From NCBI RefSeq assembly GCF_009914755.1, contig NC_060937.1: a stretch of DNA of 64,000 bases; one strand, given 5' to 3'. The notes under the pieces were generated by a model. It was not told where the DNA came from, made no database searches, and saw nothing but the letters and a program-made list of their open reading frames with translations. Origin of the DNA: the human T2T-CHM13v2.0 reference genome, Homo sapiens. Every line of letters begins with the position of its first letter. The stretch's first letter is position 1. Positions 1 to 14,600 of this stretch are shown here, piece by piece. A program made the translations under genes and the position numbers.

Positions 1-2460
1 CAGTCATGTTTTCAAGCATAGGAAATCCTCCATATTCACAAACTTCCACTTCTGAGAATTTGGAATGTTCCCTATTCCACTGATACAGTTTGATACCTCC
101 AGCTGCACTCATATTTCTGTATGTAACACAGTTCTAAAAACTACATTGTCTTTAATAACGTACTAAAAATGAATTTGTTTTGCACCTTGTTAATTTTGTC
201 TGTTTTTCTATGCTATCTCCAATGTCAGTAACAATTCCTATTAATTTGGGAAAAAAAAACAGAATATTCAGAAAACTAGATTCTAATGCCAACTATGCCA
301 GTAACTAGCCATATGACCTTGGTCAAGTTTCTACCTCTTTACATATCATCAACTTTCTCTTCTTTATCTCAAAAAAACGATGTATATGTGTGAAAGCAGT
401 TTTAAAATTCTAAAATACTAAACATGTATTTTTAAATATACTATAAAACAGCTTTTCATCAGTTGTATTTATTTTTTAATATATCCTCAACTATCACTCC
501 TGCTTTCCAATATGCCTTAGAACTAGTTTTCCTAATAGGCATATGTTCTTTTCTTCATAAATAACTGTTTAGTCCTTTTCTTCAGATTCAAACTATACTG
601 CTATAAACTCCTAGAAAGCATATGTCTGGGAGGAAGTTAAATTTATTTTTGATCTCTTATTTTTAAACAAATTTACTTTAATTAGAGCTCATTAAGTCGG
701 ATTTTATATACTAACACTACCAATTGAAAAATAATAAAAAATGAATGTGAAGTAGGCCTAAATAAGTCAACGAGATTCAAAACTACAATTGAACCAGATT
801 TTTCTGAAATTTCTCCAATGTGTTCAGTTATACAAAACTGGTTTTGGGTAATATGACACCTGTCATTGAAGTTACCCCTTCATCCAGTGCAAATTTAGGA
901 GGAATTTTAATTAAATTTCACTAAACAAACCAATAAATCAGCTACACTTAACTATAGCATAGTACCAAAAACCATAAAACAGTAAATTTTCTACAGGAAA
1001 AAAAGTCTATTATTAAGCTTATGTTCCACAAATATATATTCAAAGAAAATATTGCTGGGGAAAATAAAAATAGATCTAACTATCAAAGCTATATTATTAT
1101 TCTTTAAACACTTTAAAGTGGAATAAAAGAAGCTTAAAGGTGAAACTTAAGCTTCATATGTAGAATGATGAATTATTGAATAGGTACTATACCGCAATTA
1201 AGTGTAGCAGGTTTAAAGTTACTTATTGTTTTTCATTATTCCTGTATGTCTTCACATCCCCAAATATAAGACAAAAGTATTAATGTAACTGACAAAAATA
1301 AACTGAATCTTAATGAATATTTTTTATGCATTTAGCTAAAAATTTTAAGAGTATAGTTATTTAATCCTTTGTACTGGCTTATCCACCTGAAATCAGATAA
1401 GGAAGTTTATATAATACATTTGGTTTTCTCCCAAGCATAAAATTAAAGGACATTTAAAATAACTATTTTGGAGAGCAATCGCTTATCACAGGCAATTAAG
1501 AACACAAATTTCCCTTATTATACTACCATCAGTTCGATTTGAGTACTCCACAAATGGTCATTCTATCAAATACTTTTTGATAGTAAACTTAAATACAGAA
1601 GAGTGTAAATAAACCTAAGTGTATGTAAACAAATAAGAACAAAATTAAACAAAGGTACAACAAGCTTTTCCATTTCTTCAGTTCTATCACTAAGTTATTA
1701 CTGGTTCAATACTTTTAGTTTCTTCTCTTAAAAGACATTTTCTACTTTGGGCCAGATTAGCTCCAAAGGTGAGAAACAGTATTACTTAGATAAAATCTTT
1801 TATTCCCTACTGCCTCTCCCATCCTTCTAAATTTCTAATAGCAGAAACTAAATTACTGCTAAGACTGAATCATCCTCATAGTTAGAAATACAAAGCTACT
1901 TAACTAAATTCTCACTTACCTGGTTTTTATTTAAATTCCATGAATCTTTGGAAGAAAGGATAAAAAGAATAGCAATAATACAATAGAAATAAATGAGCTG
2001 AGAATCACTGTTAAAAATATGCTATTTATCATATTAAGTTCTCATTAAGGACCAGAAGTACAAAATCTACATTAAAATCCAGTATTTCCTAGTTATGTGA
2101 ATCCCAAACTTTTAATAAGCTAATTGTAGTTAGGTAAGTTTTTTTTTTTTTTCATTAGAGTAGGCCATAAAACCCAACAAAGCACTTCCTATTTTCTAAT
2201 ATGATAATCTAAAAATAATTCACTTTTGGCCTGAAAGGCATTTCTGAATTTCTCCTGTTCTTGCTACAAATAAAGAACTATTTTTCTAATTATGACTGAT
2301 CCAAAGTAACCTCAGGGTCATAAAACAATGAATGAATATTAGAGTTCAGGCCACAGGTGACAAGAAGTGAGTTGGAAGACTTGAGTTTCATATTTCTATC
2401 AGAAGAATTTGAGATCTATTGTATGTTTTATCTCTCAACTCTTGGTAAAACTGATACTCT

Positions 2461-3410
<950 letters not shown>

Positions 3411-3504
3411 GCAATTCCTACTTCCTATCTTAAAACAAACAAACAAATGTATTCATGCCCCAGACGGAGCAGATCGAACCAATTAAGGATGGAAATTAAA
3501 TTAG

Positions 3505-3720
3505 CACTGTAGAGCACAGGTTCTGATGACAGAAACACTTGGTTTATATCCCAGCTCTACTATTCACTAGGAGAGTAATCTTTAACAAGGTATTTAACTT
3601 TACATTTCGGTTTCCTCATCTGCAAAATGGAGATAACAGTGTTGAAAATTAATTAATACGTAGGAAAAGCAATGATCACAGTGCCTAATACAAAAGTATG
3701 AACTCAACTAAATGCTGTCA
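3505..3720 (+). mobile_element. MIR fragment
   Basis: Core GTTTCCTCATCTGCAAAATGGAGATAACA. Confidence 0.75.
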
Positions 3721-4008
3721 ATAAGTGGATAATTAACATAAATAACCACGAGTTGTGAATACTATCAATATTGCTCTTCTTTTTTCTTTCTAAATAAATA
3801 GTAAGATCCAAACTAATTCAAGGCTAAGAAAGCAACTCAGGTCCTTCATACTAGATTTATTTTTTAGACCTTGATTCTTCTAGTATTGTATAAAGAAAGT
3901 AGAGTCAGGTAGAAAGAATAAGGAGCTAAAAGCAGAAGACCCTGCTTTACTCTCACCTTCAATACCACTTGTATAAATTTGTTATATAGTTGTTGCTTCA
4001 GCATTTAT

Positions 4009-4810
4009 TTTTAGGCCTGACATAAGTTGCTTGAAACCTAGTTGTATCCCACCACCTTTGGCCTAGTTAAAACTTCTCTCTCCCCCATGCGGTTGTCTGC
4101 AATACAGTATACTTGTTTCTCATCTCACTGACTCAAAACCCAACACACCCCCACAGCTGCTGACCACGAGAAAATCCAATGGTCAACACTAGAGTCATGT
4201 AAAACTAGAGCCATGTAAATGTTCCCCTGTTCACACTTGTTTTCTTTAAACTAGTCAATCCACAGGCCCCACTGGAAAGCCAAAGGAAGAACACCCATAG
4301 ACTTTCGTGAAGGCAGTCACACAAATCACCTCTCCCTTGCTCGTGCTCCCTTGTTCACCCACCCTCGCCCCACCCACTGGTTGAGCACTCTGCTATCTCC
4401 AGACTTCCTGTTGGCCCTCATGCATACCGCTCTTCTCTCAAGGGTCTGTGAGTAATAAAAAGTTTCTGTTATTTCGTGTGTTTGGTTGTGCTGCCTTCTC
4501 TGTGTGTCACCTGACCAACACACCCAAACCTTGCTCTCCTCCTAGTCAGGGTCTCCTAGAGAGTAGCTATCTTAGTAGGAATAAACTGGACACAGGTCAG
4601 AAAAGAGCCACAAGGGCATCTGCCATAAACAAGTTCCCTGAGAGAGGGACACCTGGTCATGGGTGTGCCAGGATAAAGAAGTATCCTGTGAAACGCACAC
4701 TGAAAACATTCACGAGATTTTTTCCTCTTGAGCCACAACACAGCAGGATTAGAATTTATAGCCACTCTCCAGAGACAGACCTTAAGGCCAAATAAGAAAG
4801 CAATCATAAC
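4009..4810 (+). mobile_element. Old ERVL-type solo LTR (MER54/MER73/MER74-like)
   Basis: AATAAA followed by CTCCTAGAGAGTAGCTATCT...ACTGGACACAGGTCAG...GAGGGACACCTGGTC; family from memory. Confidence 0.6.
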
Positions 4811-5233
4811 ACTAATCAGGTGAGTTTGTGCAAATCATTCATTTCTGTTTGTCCATTTCTTAATATATGAAATTGAAGATATACCATCTACCCATTCCAA
4901 TACAAATGTACAGTGGTAATCAGAGTCAAGTAAGATGTGACATAATTTTTAACAGTCTGTATACCGAGTGGGCTAATATTAACATGGGGTATAAGAGTTT
5001 AATTATAATTCAAGTTTTTTCAGGCAGATATCACCCATCAAAAACATGTAGTCAGTTAATAAGGTATACAGAAATTCCAGGCTTTTAAAAAAAATAACCT
5101 TATTCTTCACAGTAATGATGAACAAATGTTTATAATGATTAGTAACATAAAGCAAAGTGACAAGAATTCTGTTATTATACTAGAAATACTATTCTTCTCC
5201 CTATTTAAGAAAAGCAGTGAGTGAAAAAAATTA

Positions 5234-5748
<515 letters not shown>

Positions 5749-5816
5749 TTAAAACGATGTAAATCTAGTCCAAAGCAAACGGACCTTCATAGTTAAAATT
5801 CTGGGCCCTTTGTTAC

Positions 5817-5975
5817 CTTGAACACTACTTGCTGCTACAACCATAGCACCATCCAGAGGAGATTTCCCATCTTTGTCTTTTTTAAGAGATTCTGGAACAA
5901 GTTTGCTTCCATGCTTCTTGACATGTGGAGCTAGTTCTTTTCCAACGCAATTTGCTACAGTGCAAACTCCATCAA
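5817..5975 (-). CDS. SPART: Spartin coding exon 7 (159 nt; VDGVCTVANCVGKELAPHVKK...AASSVQ)
   Basis: ATTAG|TTG acceptor and AAG|GTAACA donor; overlaps ORF 5749..5988. Confidence 0.97.
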
Positions 5976-6117
5976 CTAATATGACCATAAAAAAAGAAAA
6001 CTTAGGAAAAATATATTATTCCCTTGATTTTTACCACTCATCTTGCAACATTCTTAAATGAACATCTAAATTGTTTTACTATATAATGTTACAATTTCTT
6101 CTTAAGGATATGAAGCT

Positions 6118-6227
6118 TAGAGAGGAGGTCTCACTATGTTGCCCAGGCTGGCCTTGACTTGTACTCCTGGGCTCAAGTGATCCTCCTGCCTCTGCCTCCT
6201 GAGTAGCTGGGACTACAGGCATGAAGC
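6118..6227 (-). mobile_element. Alu monomer fragment (FLAM/AluJ-like)
   Basis: GTCTCACTATGTTGCCCAGGCTGG...GTAGCTGGGACTACAGGCATG. Confidence 0.88.
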
Positions 6228-6770
6228 ATAGACTGGTTATTTTTTAAATGAAAGCTTTTGTTTGCTTTAAAGCTGTGCTTGCAGAGCCTACTGATGTTTA
6301 TAACCTTGCCTCTCAGATATACATGCTCTTGCACTTCTGCTTGAGAAAACCAGCCACCTTTTCTATCTGACTGTTGCAATGCAAGATTGGTTGGTACTTT
6401 TAGCTTATTCCAGCTTAGCGTATTCATATTTTTCTACTGATAAATATCTCAGTTATCTCGGTGAATAAAAGTAAACAATCTAAAATCTGATTCAAAAAAT
6501 ACTAAATACCAAAAAAGATAATTTTACTAAATTTAATGGTAATCCATTAAGGTCCTATCTACCCACCTCAAAACACCAAATTTCAGTGCTGTGATTCTCT
6601 AAGAGCAAGGATTTAGAAGTACATTGCTTGGGAAGGTTGGCACCAGAATCACTAAGTCAGTTTTTCTCAAACAACAGATCCCTCCCTCTTGACCCTCAAC
6701 TGCTAAGCAGTAAACTGCTCTCCTTGAAAGAATGTGTCATATCCCTTAGAAGGACTCAAGGATTCACATC

Positions 6771-7360
6771 CAGTCATGCTGCATAATGATGGTTTGGTCA
6801 TTTCAGACATTTCATGGTCCCATAAGATTATAATGGAGCTGATTAAGTCCCACTGCCTAGTAACATCACAGCCGCCATAACATCATAGTGCAATTACTTT
6901 GTTTTTAAAATAAATTTAGTGTGGCCCAAGTGTACAGTGTTAAAAAGTCTACAATAGTGTATAGTAATGTCCTAGGCCTTCACATTCACTCACCACTCAC
7001 TCAGTGACTCACTCAGAGCAACTTCCAGTCCTGCAAGTGACACTTCTGGTAAGTGCTCTCTACAGTTTTTATGCCATTTTTTATCTTTTATATACTGCAC
7101 TCTTGCTGCACCTTTTCTATGTTTAGATGTGTTTAAATGCACAAATACTTACCATTGTGTTACAATTTCCTATAGTATTCAGTACAGTCACATGGTGTAT
7201 AGGTTTGTACTTAGGAGCAATAGGCTATATCATATAGCCTAGGTGTGGAGTGGCAACGTTTAGGTTTGTGTGAGTACATGCTATGATGTTCACACAATGA
7301 TGAAATCACCTAATGACACATTTCTTAGAACTTACCTCCTGCGTTAAACAATACATGACT
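6771..7360. mobile_element. Tigger3-family (MER7-type) DNA transposon
   Basis: CAGTCATG...CATGACT ends; internal GTCCTAGGCCTTCACATTCACTCACCACTCAC. Confidence 0.75.
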
Positions 7361-7429
7361 TTACATTCAGAACTCTTTTTCAAAGATACACACATTCTCC
7401 TCTCCAACACATCAAAACAACCCTTTAAC

Positions 7430-7592
7430 CAGTTTCTCAAACTTTAATGTGCAAATAAGAATCACCTAGGGATCTTGTGAAAATGCAGATTCTGAATCAG
7501 TAGGTGTGTCTGTCCCTAAAATTCTGCATTTCTAAGGATTCCAGATAGGACGATGTGATGTTGCTGGTCCGCAGGTCTCACTATGAATAACA
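7430..7592. mobile_element. MER5A (hAT-Charlie MITE)
   Basis: AGAATCACCTAGGGATCTTGTGAAAATGCAGATTCTG...CTGCATTTCTAA. Confidence 0.75.
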
Positions 7593-7724
7593 AAGAGAAA
7601 CTGCTTTGTCCTAATTCTTTATTCTTGAGATTAAACCATCTAAATGAACATGCAGATTAACCCTGGATTAAGACATTATTTTAAATATAACTTTAAAAAG
7701 TAAAGTTATCTAGAATTACTTTAC

Positions 7725-7919
7725 CCAGGAACTGACTGACTTTTGCTGCTCCTCCTGTAGCTTGCTTCGCTATATAAAGTCCCTTGGTGACAGCTGGACT
7801 AACTTCCACGGGTTTTTCTTCTGGTTGAATCCGCTCTCGGAGTTTAGAAGCACCTTTCTGGATTGCCTTACCAGTAATCTCAGCACCTTTGACTAAACCC
7901 CAACTCACCCAGGAAGCAC
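7725..7919 (-). CDS. SPART: Spartin coding exon 6 (195 nt; start of the senescence domain, GASWVSWGLVKGAEITGK...VSQFL)
   Basis: AAAG|GTGCTT acceptor and TGG|GTAAAG donor; overlaps ORF 7693..7908. Confidence 0.97.
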
Positions 7920-8133
7920 CTTTTTAAAAGAAAATTTAAAATTGCACAATATTAGGGCTAATTATGCTTTTGAACACTTTAATAAATAACATCAACCAGA
8001 AAAAAATAAAAGGAGTTTGATATTCAGATGCTAAATGTGCCATGTCATAAACTTTCAAGCTAACTTTATACCTGCAGTTTTCTTCCTGAATACTTAGTGA
8101 CACAGTTCTGCGTTACTCTATGCTGCCACTACC

Positions 8134-8196
8134 TAGTACCTAGAAGGCCTGAGATTTAGTGGCAGCTGATAATTTCTGAAGATGACCACAAACAGT
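8134..8196 (+). repeat. Direct repeat copy 1 (63 bp) of 17536-17603
   Basis: TAGTACCTAG(A/G)AGGCCTGAGATTTAGTGGCAGCTGAT(-/GAAAA)AATTTCTGAAGATGACCACAAACAGT; one substitution and one 5-nt indel between copies. Confidence 0.92.
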
Positions 8197-9822
8197 ATCT
8201 CTATATGTTACTTACCACAGTATATTACTGTTAGGTATTAATTTTTAGTTTTGGTGCCATTAAGATAGAATTTGGCCAAAGAACCCAGATATTCTTGTTC
8301 TTTTTGCCTTAGGCCAGGCATCTCTTTTCCCCATGAAATCTTGAGGGAGAAAGACAGAAACATCACAAAATGGAAACCAAAGAAACTGCCTCTCAAACAC
8401 CAAGGCAGAACTCTTACTTTCTTTAGGCTAAAAGCTTTAGTCAGGGGGTCCTGTTCCTTCCTGAATCCTAAACCCAAACTCTTGGATCTCAGCACCGTTT
8501 AGCTTGCTACACATACCTGAATGACAAAAACATGAGAACACTCAAATGCATGAGTAGAGAAAATCTAAAAGAAGAAGAGTGAGGCCCAGATAATTTGGCC
8601 ATTTCTCATGACAGTGGGCCCTAGCCCTTTGCTTTGCTTTGCTTATGTTCTCGCAGCTTGAATGACAGAAGTGCTCACCAGAGGAACAGAGGGATGGAAG
8701 GGCCTTCTCTAGTGAGGACAAAAGGTCCTCAGCCAGTGGAAATGTGGGGAAAGGAGTGGGAGAGGGATGGGAAAAGAAAAAACATGTAAGAACAGTGTCC
8801 CCTAAGATGGAAGAAGTATTACCCTACTCTGCAGAGACTTTCAATTTAAAATATTTCTTTTTTGGCTAACACTTAACAATGAGCTTTCAAAGCTGAACAT
8901 ATGAAATACTTAATTATGTTCTCTCAAGGTCTGTGGCATGGTTTTACATGATTACTCCAGCCCATGAATAAGCATCCAGCAATCATGTGAAAACCACAGC
9001 AGTTTATTTTAAAATGTTAACAATGAAAAGTGACATGTAATAAATAATTAGAAATTTTATGTTTCTCTTCCTGTTTTAGTCAACATCTCTACCTCCAGCT
9101 CCAATCCTACCCCCACTGTCCTACCTGACAATCAACTTCTGGGGAAGTGCAGGATTCAAACCCAAGCAAACAGGCTTCCATAAACAACAAAAGGCTTGAA
9201 GATGCCCATTTAAAAAAATTATCTTTTTAGATTAACTTATAGGTTGAAAAGTTTTAAGAAGAAACCAGCTGAACATGAAGACTGAGAAATCATAAAATAA
9301 ATGACAGTGAAACAAAGGAGACTATAATCCTATAATGAAATTATAAGAAATAACAGGGATGAAGTCAAATGATGACTGAGAAAAATAAATGGAAATGAGA
9401 TAAAAAGTCACAGCACTAATAAAGAGAAATATTAGATGCAAATAATCACATATCACCATGGAAGTATACAGTATACATAAATATGTTAAAACTGTAAACA
9501 CTGCAACAGAAGATAAGGAAATGCAATATTTCATCGGTAGCTATGTAGATATTTTAAATGGCATGTACAATGCCAGATATAGATTGATTCTGTTCATGTT
9601 TGCCTCCTATGCACTGTATTAATGCTGCCATATGGCAGACCATGAACGTTTGCTGAATAAATGAGACATTGGCAGATATTAAAATTCCCTAACTCAAACC
9701 TAACTACTACAGCTTGTGGGACACTGTCCACTTTTACTGAACTAAAGAAAGCTACCATTTACAGTTGTTATTAAAAACAGAAGTCACTGACCAGGTGCAG
9801 TGGCTCACGCCTGTAATCACAG

Positions 9823-10270
9823 TGTCAGGCCTCTGAGCCCAAGCCAAGCCATCGCATCCCCTGTGACTTGCACATATACGCCCAGATGGCCTGAAGTAAC
9901 TGAAGAATCACAAAAGTGAATATGCCCTGCCCCACCTTAACTGATGACATTCTACCACAAAAGAAGTGTAAATGGCCACTCCTTGCCTTAAGTGATGACA
10001 TTACCTTGTGAAAGTCCTTTTCCTAGCTCATCCTAGCTCAAAAAGCACCCCCACTGAGCACCTTGCGACCCCCACTCCTACCTGACAGAGAACAAACCCC
10101 CTTTGACTGTAATTTTCCTTTACCTACCCAAATCCTATAAAACGGCCCCACCCTTATCTCCCTTTGCTGACTCTTTTCAGACTCAGCCTGCCTGCACCCA
10201 GGTGAAATAAACAGCCTTGTTGCTCACACAAAGCCTGTTTGGTGGTCTCTTCACACAGATGCGCATGAAA
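9823..10270 (+). mobile_element. 5' LTR7
   Basis: 448 bp with TATAAAA, AATAAA and TG...GAAA termini typical of LTR7; followed by the PBS. Confidence 0.96.
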
Positions 10271-10272
10271 TT

Positions 10273-10290
10273 TGGTGCCGTGACTCGGAT
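10273..10290 (+). other. Primer-binding site, tRNA-His
   Basis: TGGTGCCGTGACTCGGAT, 2 nt after the 5' LTR. Confidence 0.95.
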
Positions 10291-10892
10291 CAGGGGACCT
10301 CCCTTAGGAGATCAATCCCCTGTCATGTTCTTTGCTCCGTGAGAAAGATCCACCTACAACCTCAGGTCCTAAGACCGACCAGCCCAAGAAACATCTCACC
10401 AATTTCAAATCCGGTAAGCGGCCTCTTTTTACTCTCTTCTCCAACCTCCCTCACTATCCCTCGACCTCTTTCTCCTTTCAATCTTGGTGCCACACTTCAA
10501 TCTCTCCCTTCTCTTAATTTCAATTCCTTTCATTTTCTGGGAGAGACAAAGGAGACACGTTTTATCCGTGGACCCAAAACTCCGGTGCCAGTCACAGACT
10601 GGGAAGGCAGCCTTCCCTTGACCTTTAATCATTGCAGGGATGCCTCTCTGATTATTCACCCACGTTTCAAAGGTGTTAGACCACGCAGGGATGCCTGCCT
10701 TGGTCCTTCACCCTTAGCGGCAAGTCCCGCTTTTCTGGGGAAGGGGCAAGTACCCCAACCCCTCCTCTCCTTGTCTCTACCCCTTCTCTGCTTTTCTGGG
10801 GGAGGGGCAAGTACCCCTCAACCCCTTCTCCTTCACTCTTAGCAGCAAGTCCTGCTTTTCTAGAGGAGGGGCAAGTACCCCAACCTCGTATC

Positions 10893-11115
10893 TCTGTGCC
10901 CCAATCCCTTATTTCCGTGCCCCAACCTCTTATATCTCTGTGCCCCAATCCCTTATTTCTGTGCCCTAACTTAACTCTGCGCCCCAATCCCTTATTTCCG
11001 TGCCCCGACCCCTTATTTCCGTGCCCCTACCCCTTATTTCCATGCCCTGACCCCTTATTTCTGCACCCCATCCCTTATTTCCATGCCCTGACCTCTTATC
11101 TCTGCGCCCCAACCC
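10893..11115 (+). repeat. ~21-bp degenerate tandem array (TGCCCCAATCCCTTATTTCCG-like, ~10 units) in the HERV-H pre-gag leader
   Basis: Repeated CCCTTATTTCC core is directly visible. Confidence 0.9.
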
Positions 11116-12068
11116 CTTTTCTGGAAGGTAAGAACCCCGAACCCCTTCCCTCCGTTTCTCTGCTCTCTCTTTTCTCTAGGCTTGCTTCCTTCACTATAGG
11201 CAACCTTCCACCCTCCATTCCTCCTTCTACTCCCTTGGCCTGTGTTCTCAAAAACTTAAAACCTCTTCAACTCACACCTTACCTAAAACCTAAATGTCTT
11301 ATTTTCTTCTGCAATGCCACTTGACCCCAATACAAACTCTACAGTAGTTCCAAATAGCCAGAAAATGGCACTTTGAATTTTTCCATCCTACAAGATCTAA
11401 ATAATTCTTGTTGTAAAATAGGCAAATGGTCTGAGGTGCCTGACGTCCAGGCATTCTTTTACACATCAGTCCCTTCCTAGTCTGTGCCCAGTGCAACTCG
11501 TCCCAAATCTTCCTTCTTTCCCTCCCGCCTGTCCCCTCAGTCCCAACACCAAGCGTCGCTGAGTCTTTCTAATCTTCCTTTTCTACAGACCCATCTGACC
11601 TCTCCCTTCCTCCCCAGGCTACTCCCTGCCAGGCCGAGCTAGGTCCCAATTCTTCCTCAGCCTCTGCTCCTCCACCCTATAATCTTTTTATCACCTCCCC
11701 TCCTCACACCTGGTCTGGCTTACAGTTTAGTTCTGTGACTAGCCCTCCCCCTCCTGCCCAGCAATTTACTCTTAAAAAGGTGGCTGGAGCTAAAGCCATA
11801 GTCAAGGTTAATGCTCATTTTTCTTTATCCCAAATCAGATAGCGTTTAGGCTCTTTTTCATCAAATATAAAAATCCAGCCCAGTTCATGACTTGTTTGGC
11901 AACAACCCTGAGACACTTTACAGCCCTAGACCCTAAAAGGTCAAAAGGCCGTCTTATTCTCAAAATACATTTTATTACCCAATCTGCTCCTGACATTAAA
12001 TATAACTCCAAAAATTAAATTCTGGCCCTCAAACCCCACAACAGGATTTAATTAACCTCGCCTTCAAG

Positions 12069-14600
12069 GTGTACAATAATAGAAAAAAGTTGCAATTCCT
12101 TGCCTCCACTGTGAGACAAACCCCAGCCCCATCTCCAGCACACAAGAACTTCCAAACGCCTGAACCGCAGTGGCCAGGCGTTCCTCCAGAACCTCCTCCC
12201 ACAGGAGCTTGCTACACGTGCCGGAAATCTGGCCACTGGGCCAAGGAATGCCCGCAGCCCGGGATTCCTCCTAAGCCCCGTCCCATCTGTGTGGGACCCC
12301 ACTGAAAATCGGACTGTTCAACTCACCTGGCAGCCACTCCCAGAGCCCCTGGAACTCTGGCCCAAGGCTCTCTGACTGACTCCTTCCCAGATCTTCTCGG
12401 CTTAGCGGCTGAAGACTGACACTGCCCGATCGCCTCGGAAGCCCCCTAGACCATCACGGACGCTGAGCTTCAGGTAACTCTAACAGTGGAAGGTAAGCCC
12501 GTCCCCTTCTTAATCAATACGGAGGCTACCCACTCCACATTACCCTCTTTTCAAGGGCCTGTTTCCCTTGCCTCCATAACTGTTGTGGGTATTGACGGCC
12601 AGGCTTCTAAACCTCTTAAAACTCCCCAACTCTGGTGCCAACTTAGACAATACTCTTTTAAGCACTCCTTTTTAGTTATCCCCACCTGCCCAGTTCCCTT
12701 ATTAGGCTGAGACACTAACTAAATTATCTGCTTCCCTGACTATTCCTGGACTACAGCTGTATCTCATTGCCGCCCTTCTTCCCAATCCAAAGCCTCCTTT
12801 GCGTCCCCCTCTTGTATCCCCCCACCTTAACCCACAAGTATAAGATACCTCTACTCCCTCCTTGGCAACCGATCATGCACCCCTTACCATCTCATTAAAA
12901 CCTAATCACCCTTACCCCACTCAACGCCAATATCCCATCCCGCAGCATGCTTTAAAAAGATTAAAGCCTGTTATCACTCGCCTGCTACAGCATGGCCTTT
13001 TAAAGCCTATAAACTCTCCTTAAAATTCCCCCATTTTACCTGTCCTGAAACCAGACAAGCCTTACAAGTTAGTTCAGGATCTGCATCTTATCAACCAAAT
13101 TGTTTTGCCTTTCCACCCCATGGTGCCAAACCCATATACTCTCATATCCTCAGTACCTGCCTCTACAACCCATTATTCTGTTCTAGATCTCAAACATGCT
13201 TTCTTTACTATCCCTTTGCACCCTTCATCCCAGCCTTTCTTCGCTTTCACTTGGACTGACCCTGACACCCATCAAGCTCAGCAAATTACCTAGGCTGTAC
13301 TGCCACAAAGCTTCTCAGACAGCCCCCATTACTTCAATCAAGCCCAAATTTCTTCCTCATCTGTTACCTATCTCGGCATAATTCTCATAAAAACACACGT
13401 GCTCTCCCTGCCAATCTGTCTGACTGATCTCTCAAACCCAAGCACCTTCTACAAAACAACAACTCCTTTCCTTCCTAAGCACAGTTAGTGCGGTCAGAAT
13501 TCTTACACAAGAGCCAGGACCACACCCTGTAGCCCTTCTGTCCAAACAACTTGACCTTACTGTTTTAGCCTAGCCCTCATGTCTGCGTGCAGCGGCTGCT
13601 GCTGCTTTAATACTTTTAGAGGCCCTCAAAATCACAAACTATGCTCAACTCACTCTCTACAGTTCTCATAACTTCCAAAATCCATTTTCTTCCTCATACC
13701 TGACGCATATACTTTCTGCTTCCCGGCGCCTTCAGCTGTACTCACTCTTTGTTGAGTCTCCCACAATTACCGTTGTTCCTGGCCCAGACTCCAATCCGGC
13801 CTCTCGCATTATTCTGGATACCACACCTGACCCCCATGACTGTATCTCTCTGATCCACCTGACATTCACCCCATTTCCCCAAATTTCCTTCTTTCCTGTT
13901 CCTTACCCTGATCACGCTTGATTTATTGATGGCAGTTCCACCAGGCCTAATCGCCACACACCAGCAAAGGCAGGCTATGCTATAGTACAAGCCACTAGCC
14001 TGCCTCTTAGAACCTCTCATTTCCTTTCCATCGTGGAAATCTATCCTCAAGGAAATAACTTCTCAGTGTTACATCTGCTATTCTACTACTCCTCAGGGAT
14101 TATTCAGGCCCCCTCCCTTCCCTACACATCAAGCTCGAGGATTTGCTCCCACCCAAGACTGGCAAATTAGCTTTACTCAACATGCCCCGAGTCAGATAAC
14201 TAAAATACCTCTTAGTCTAGGTAGACACTTTCACTGGATAGGTAGAGTCCTTTCCTACAGGGTCTGAGAAGGCCACTGCAGTCATTTCTTCCCTTCTGTC
14301 AGACATAATTCCTCAGTTTAGCCTTCCCACCTCAATACAGTCTGACAACAGACAAGCCTTTATTAGTCAAATCAGCCAGCAGTTTTTCAGGCTCTTAGTA
14401 TTCAGTGAAACCTTTATATCCCTTACGGTCCTCCATCTTCAAGAAAAGTAGAATAGACTAAAGGTCTTTTAAAAACACACCTCACCAAGCTCAGCCACCA
14501 ACTTAAAAAGGACTGGACAATACTTTTACCACTTTCCTTTCTCAGAATTCAGGCCTGTCCTCGGAATGCTACAGGGTACAGCCCATTTAAGCTCCCGTAC
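12069..14600 (+). pseudogene. Disrupted HERV-H gag NC / pro / pol (RT, RNase H, integrase remnants)
   Basis: CX2CX4HX4C knuckle; protease active site degraded to INTEATHS; RT motif LDLKHAFF; many stops and frameshifts. Confidence 0.9.

Noticed and set aside
4186-4220. Short tandem ACTAGAG(T/C)CATGTAAA x2
   Set aside because: Ordinary slippage duplication inside an old LTR.
4448-4795. 115-aa ORF
   Set aside because: Lies wholly within an old LTR, has a non-ATG start and no recognisable homology.
10893-11115. Regular ~21-bp repeats as a CRISPR-like array
   Set aside because: Units are adjacent and degenerate with no unique spacers, lie in the HERV-H leader, and there are no cas genes; the DNA is primate.
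10339-11324. 167-aa and 142-aa ORFs in the HERV-H leader as novel proteins
   Set aside because: They begin at non-ATG codons, and the second is a translation of the tandem repeat; no evidence of coding function.
12069-14600. Functional HERV-H gag/pol
   Set aside because: Multiple stops and frameshifts, protease catalytic motif lost (NTEA), env deleted.
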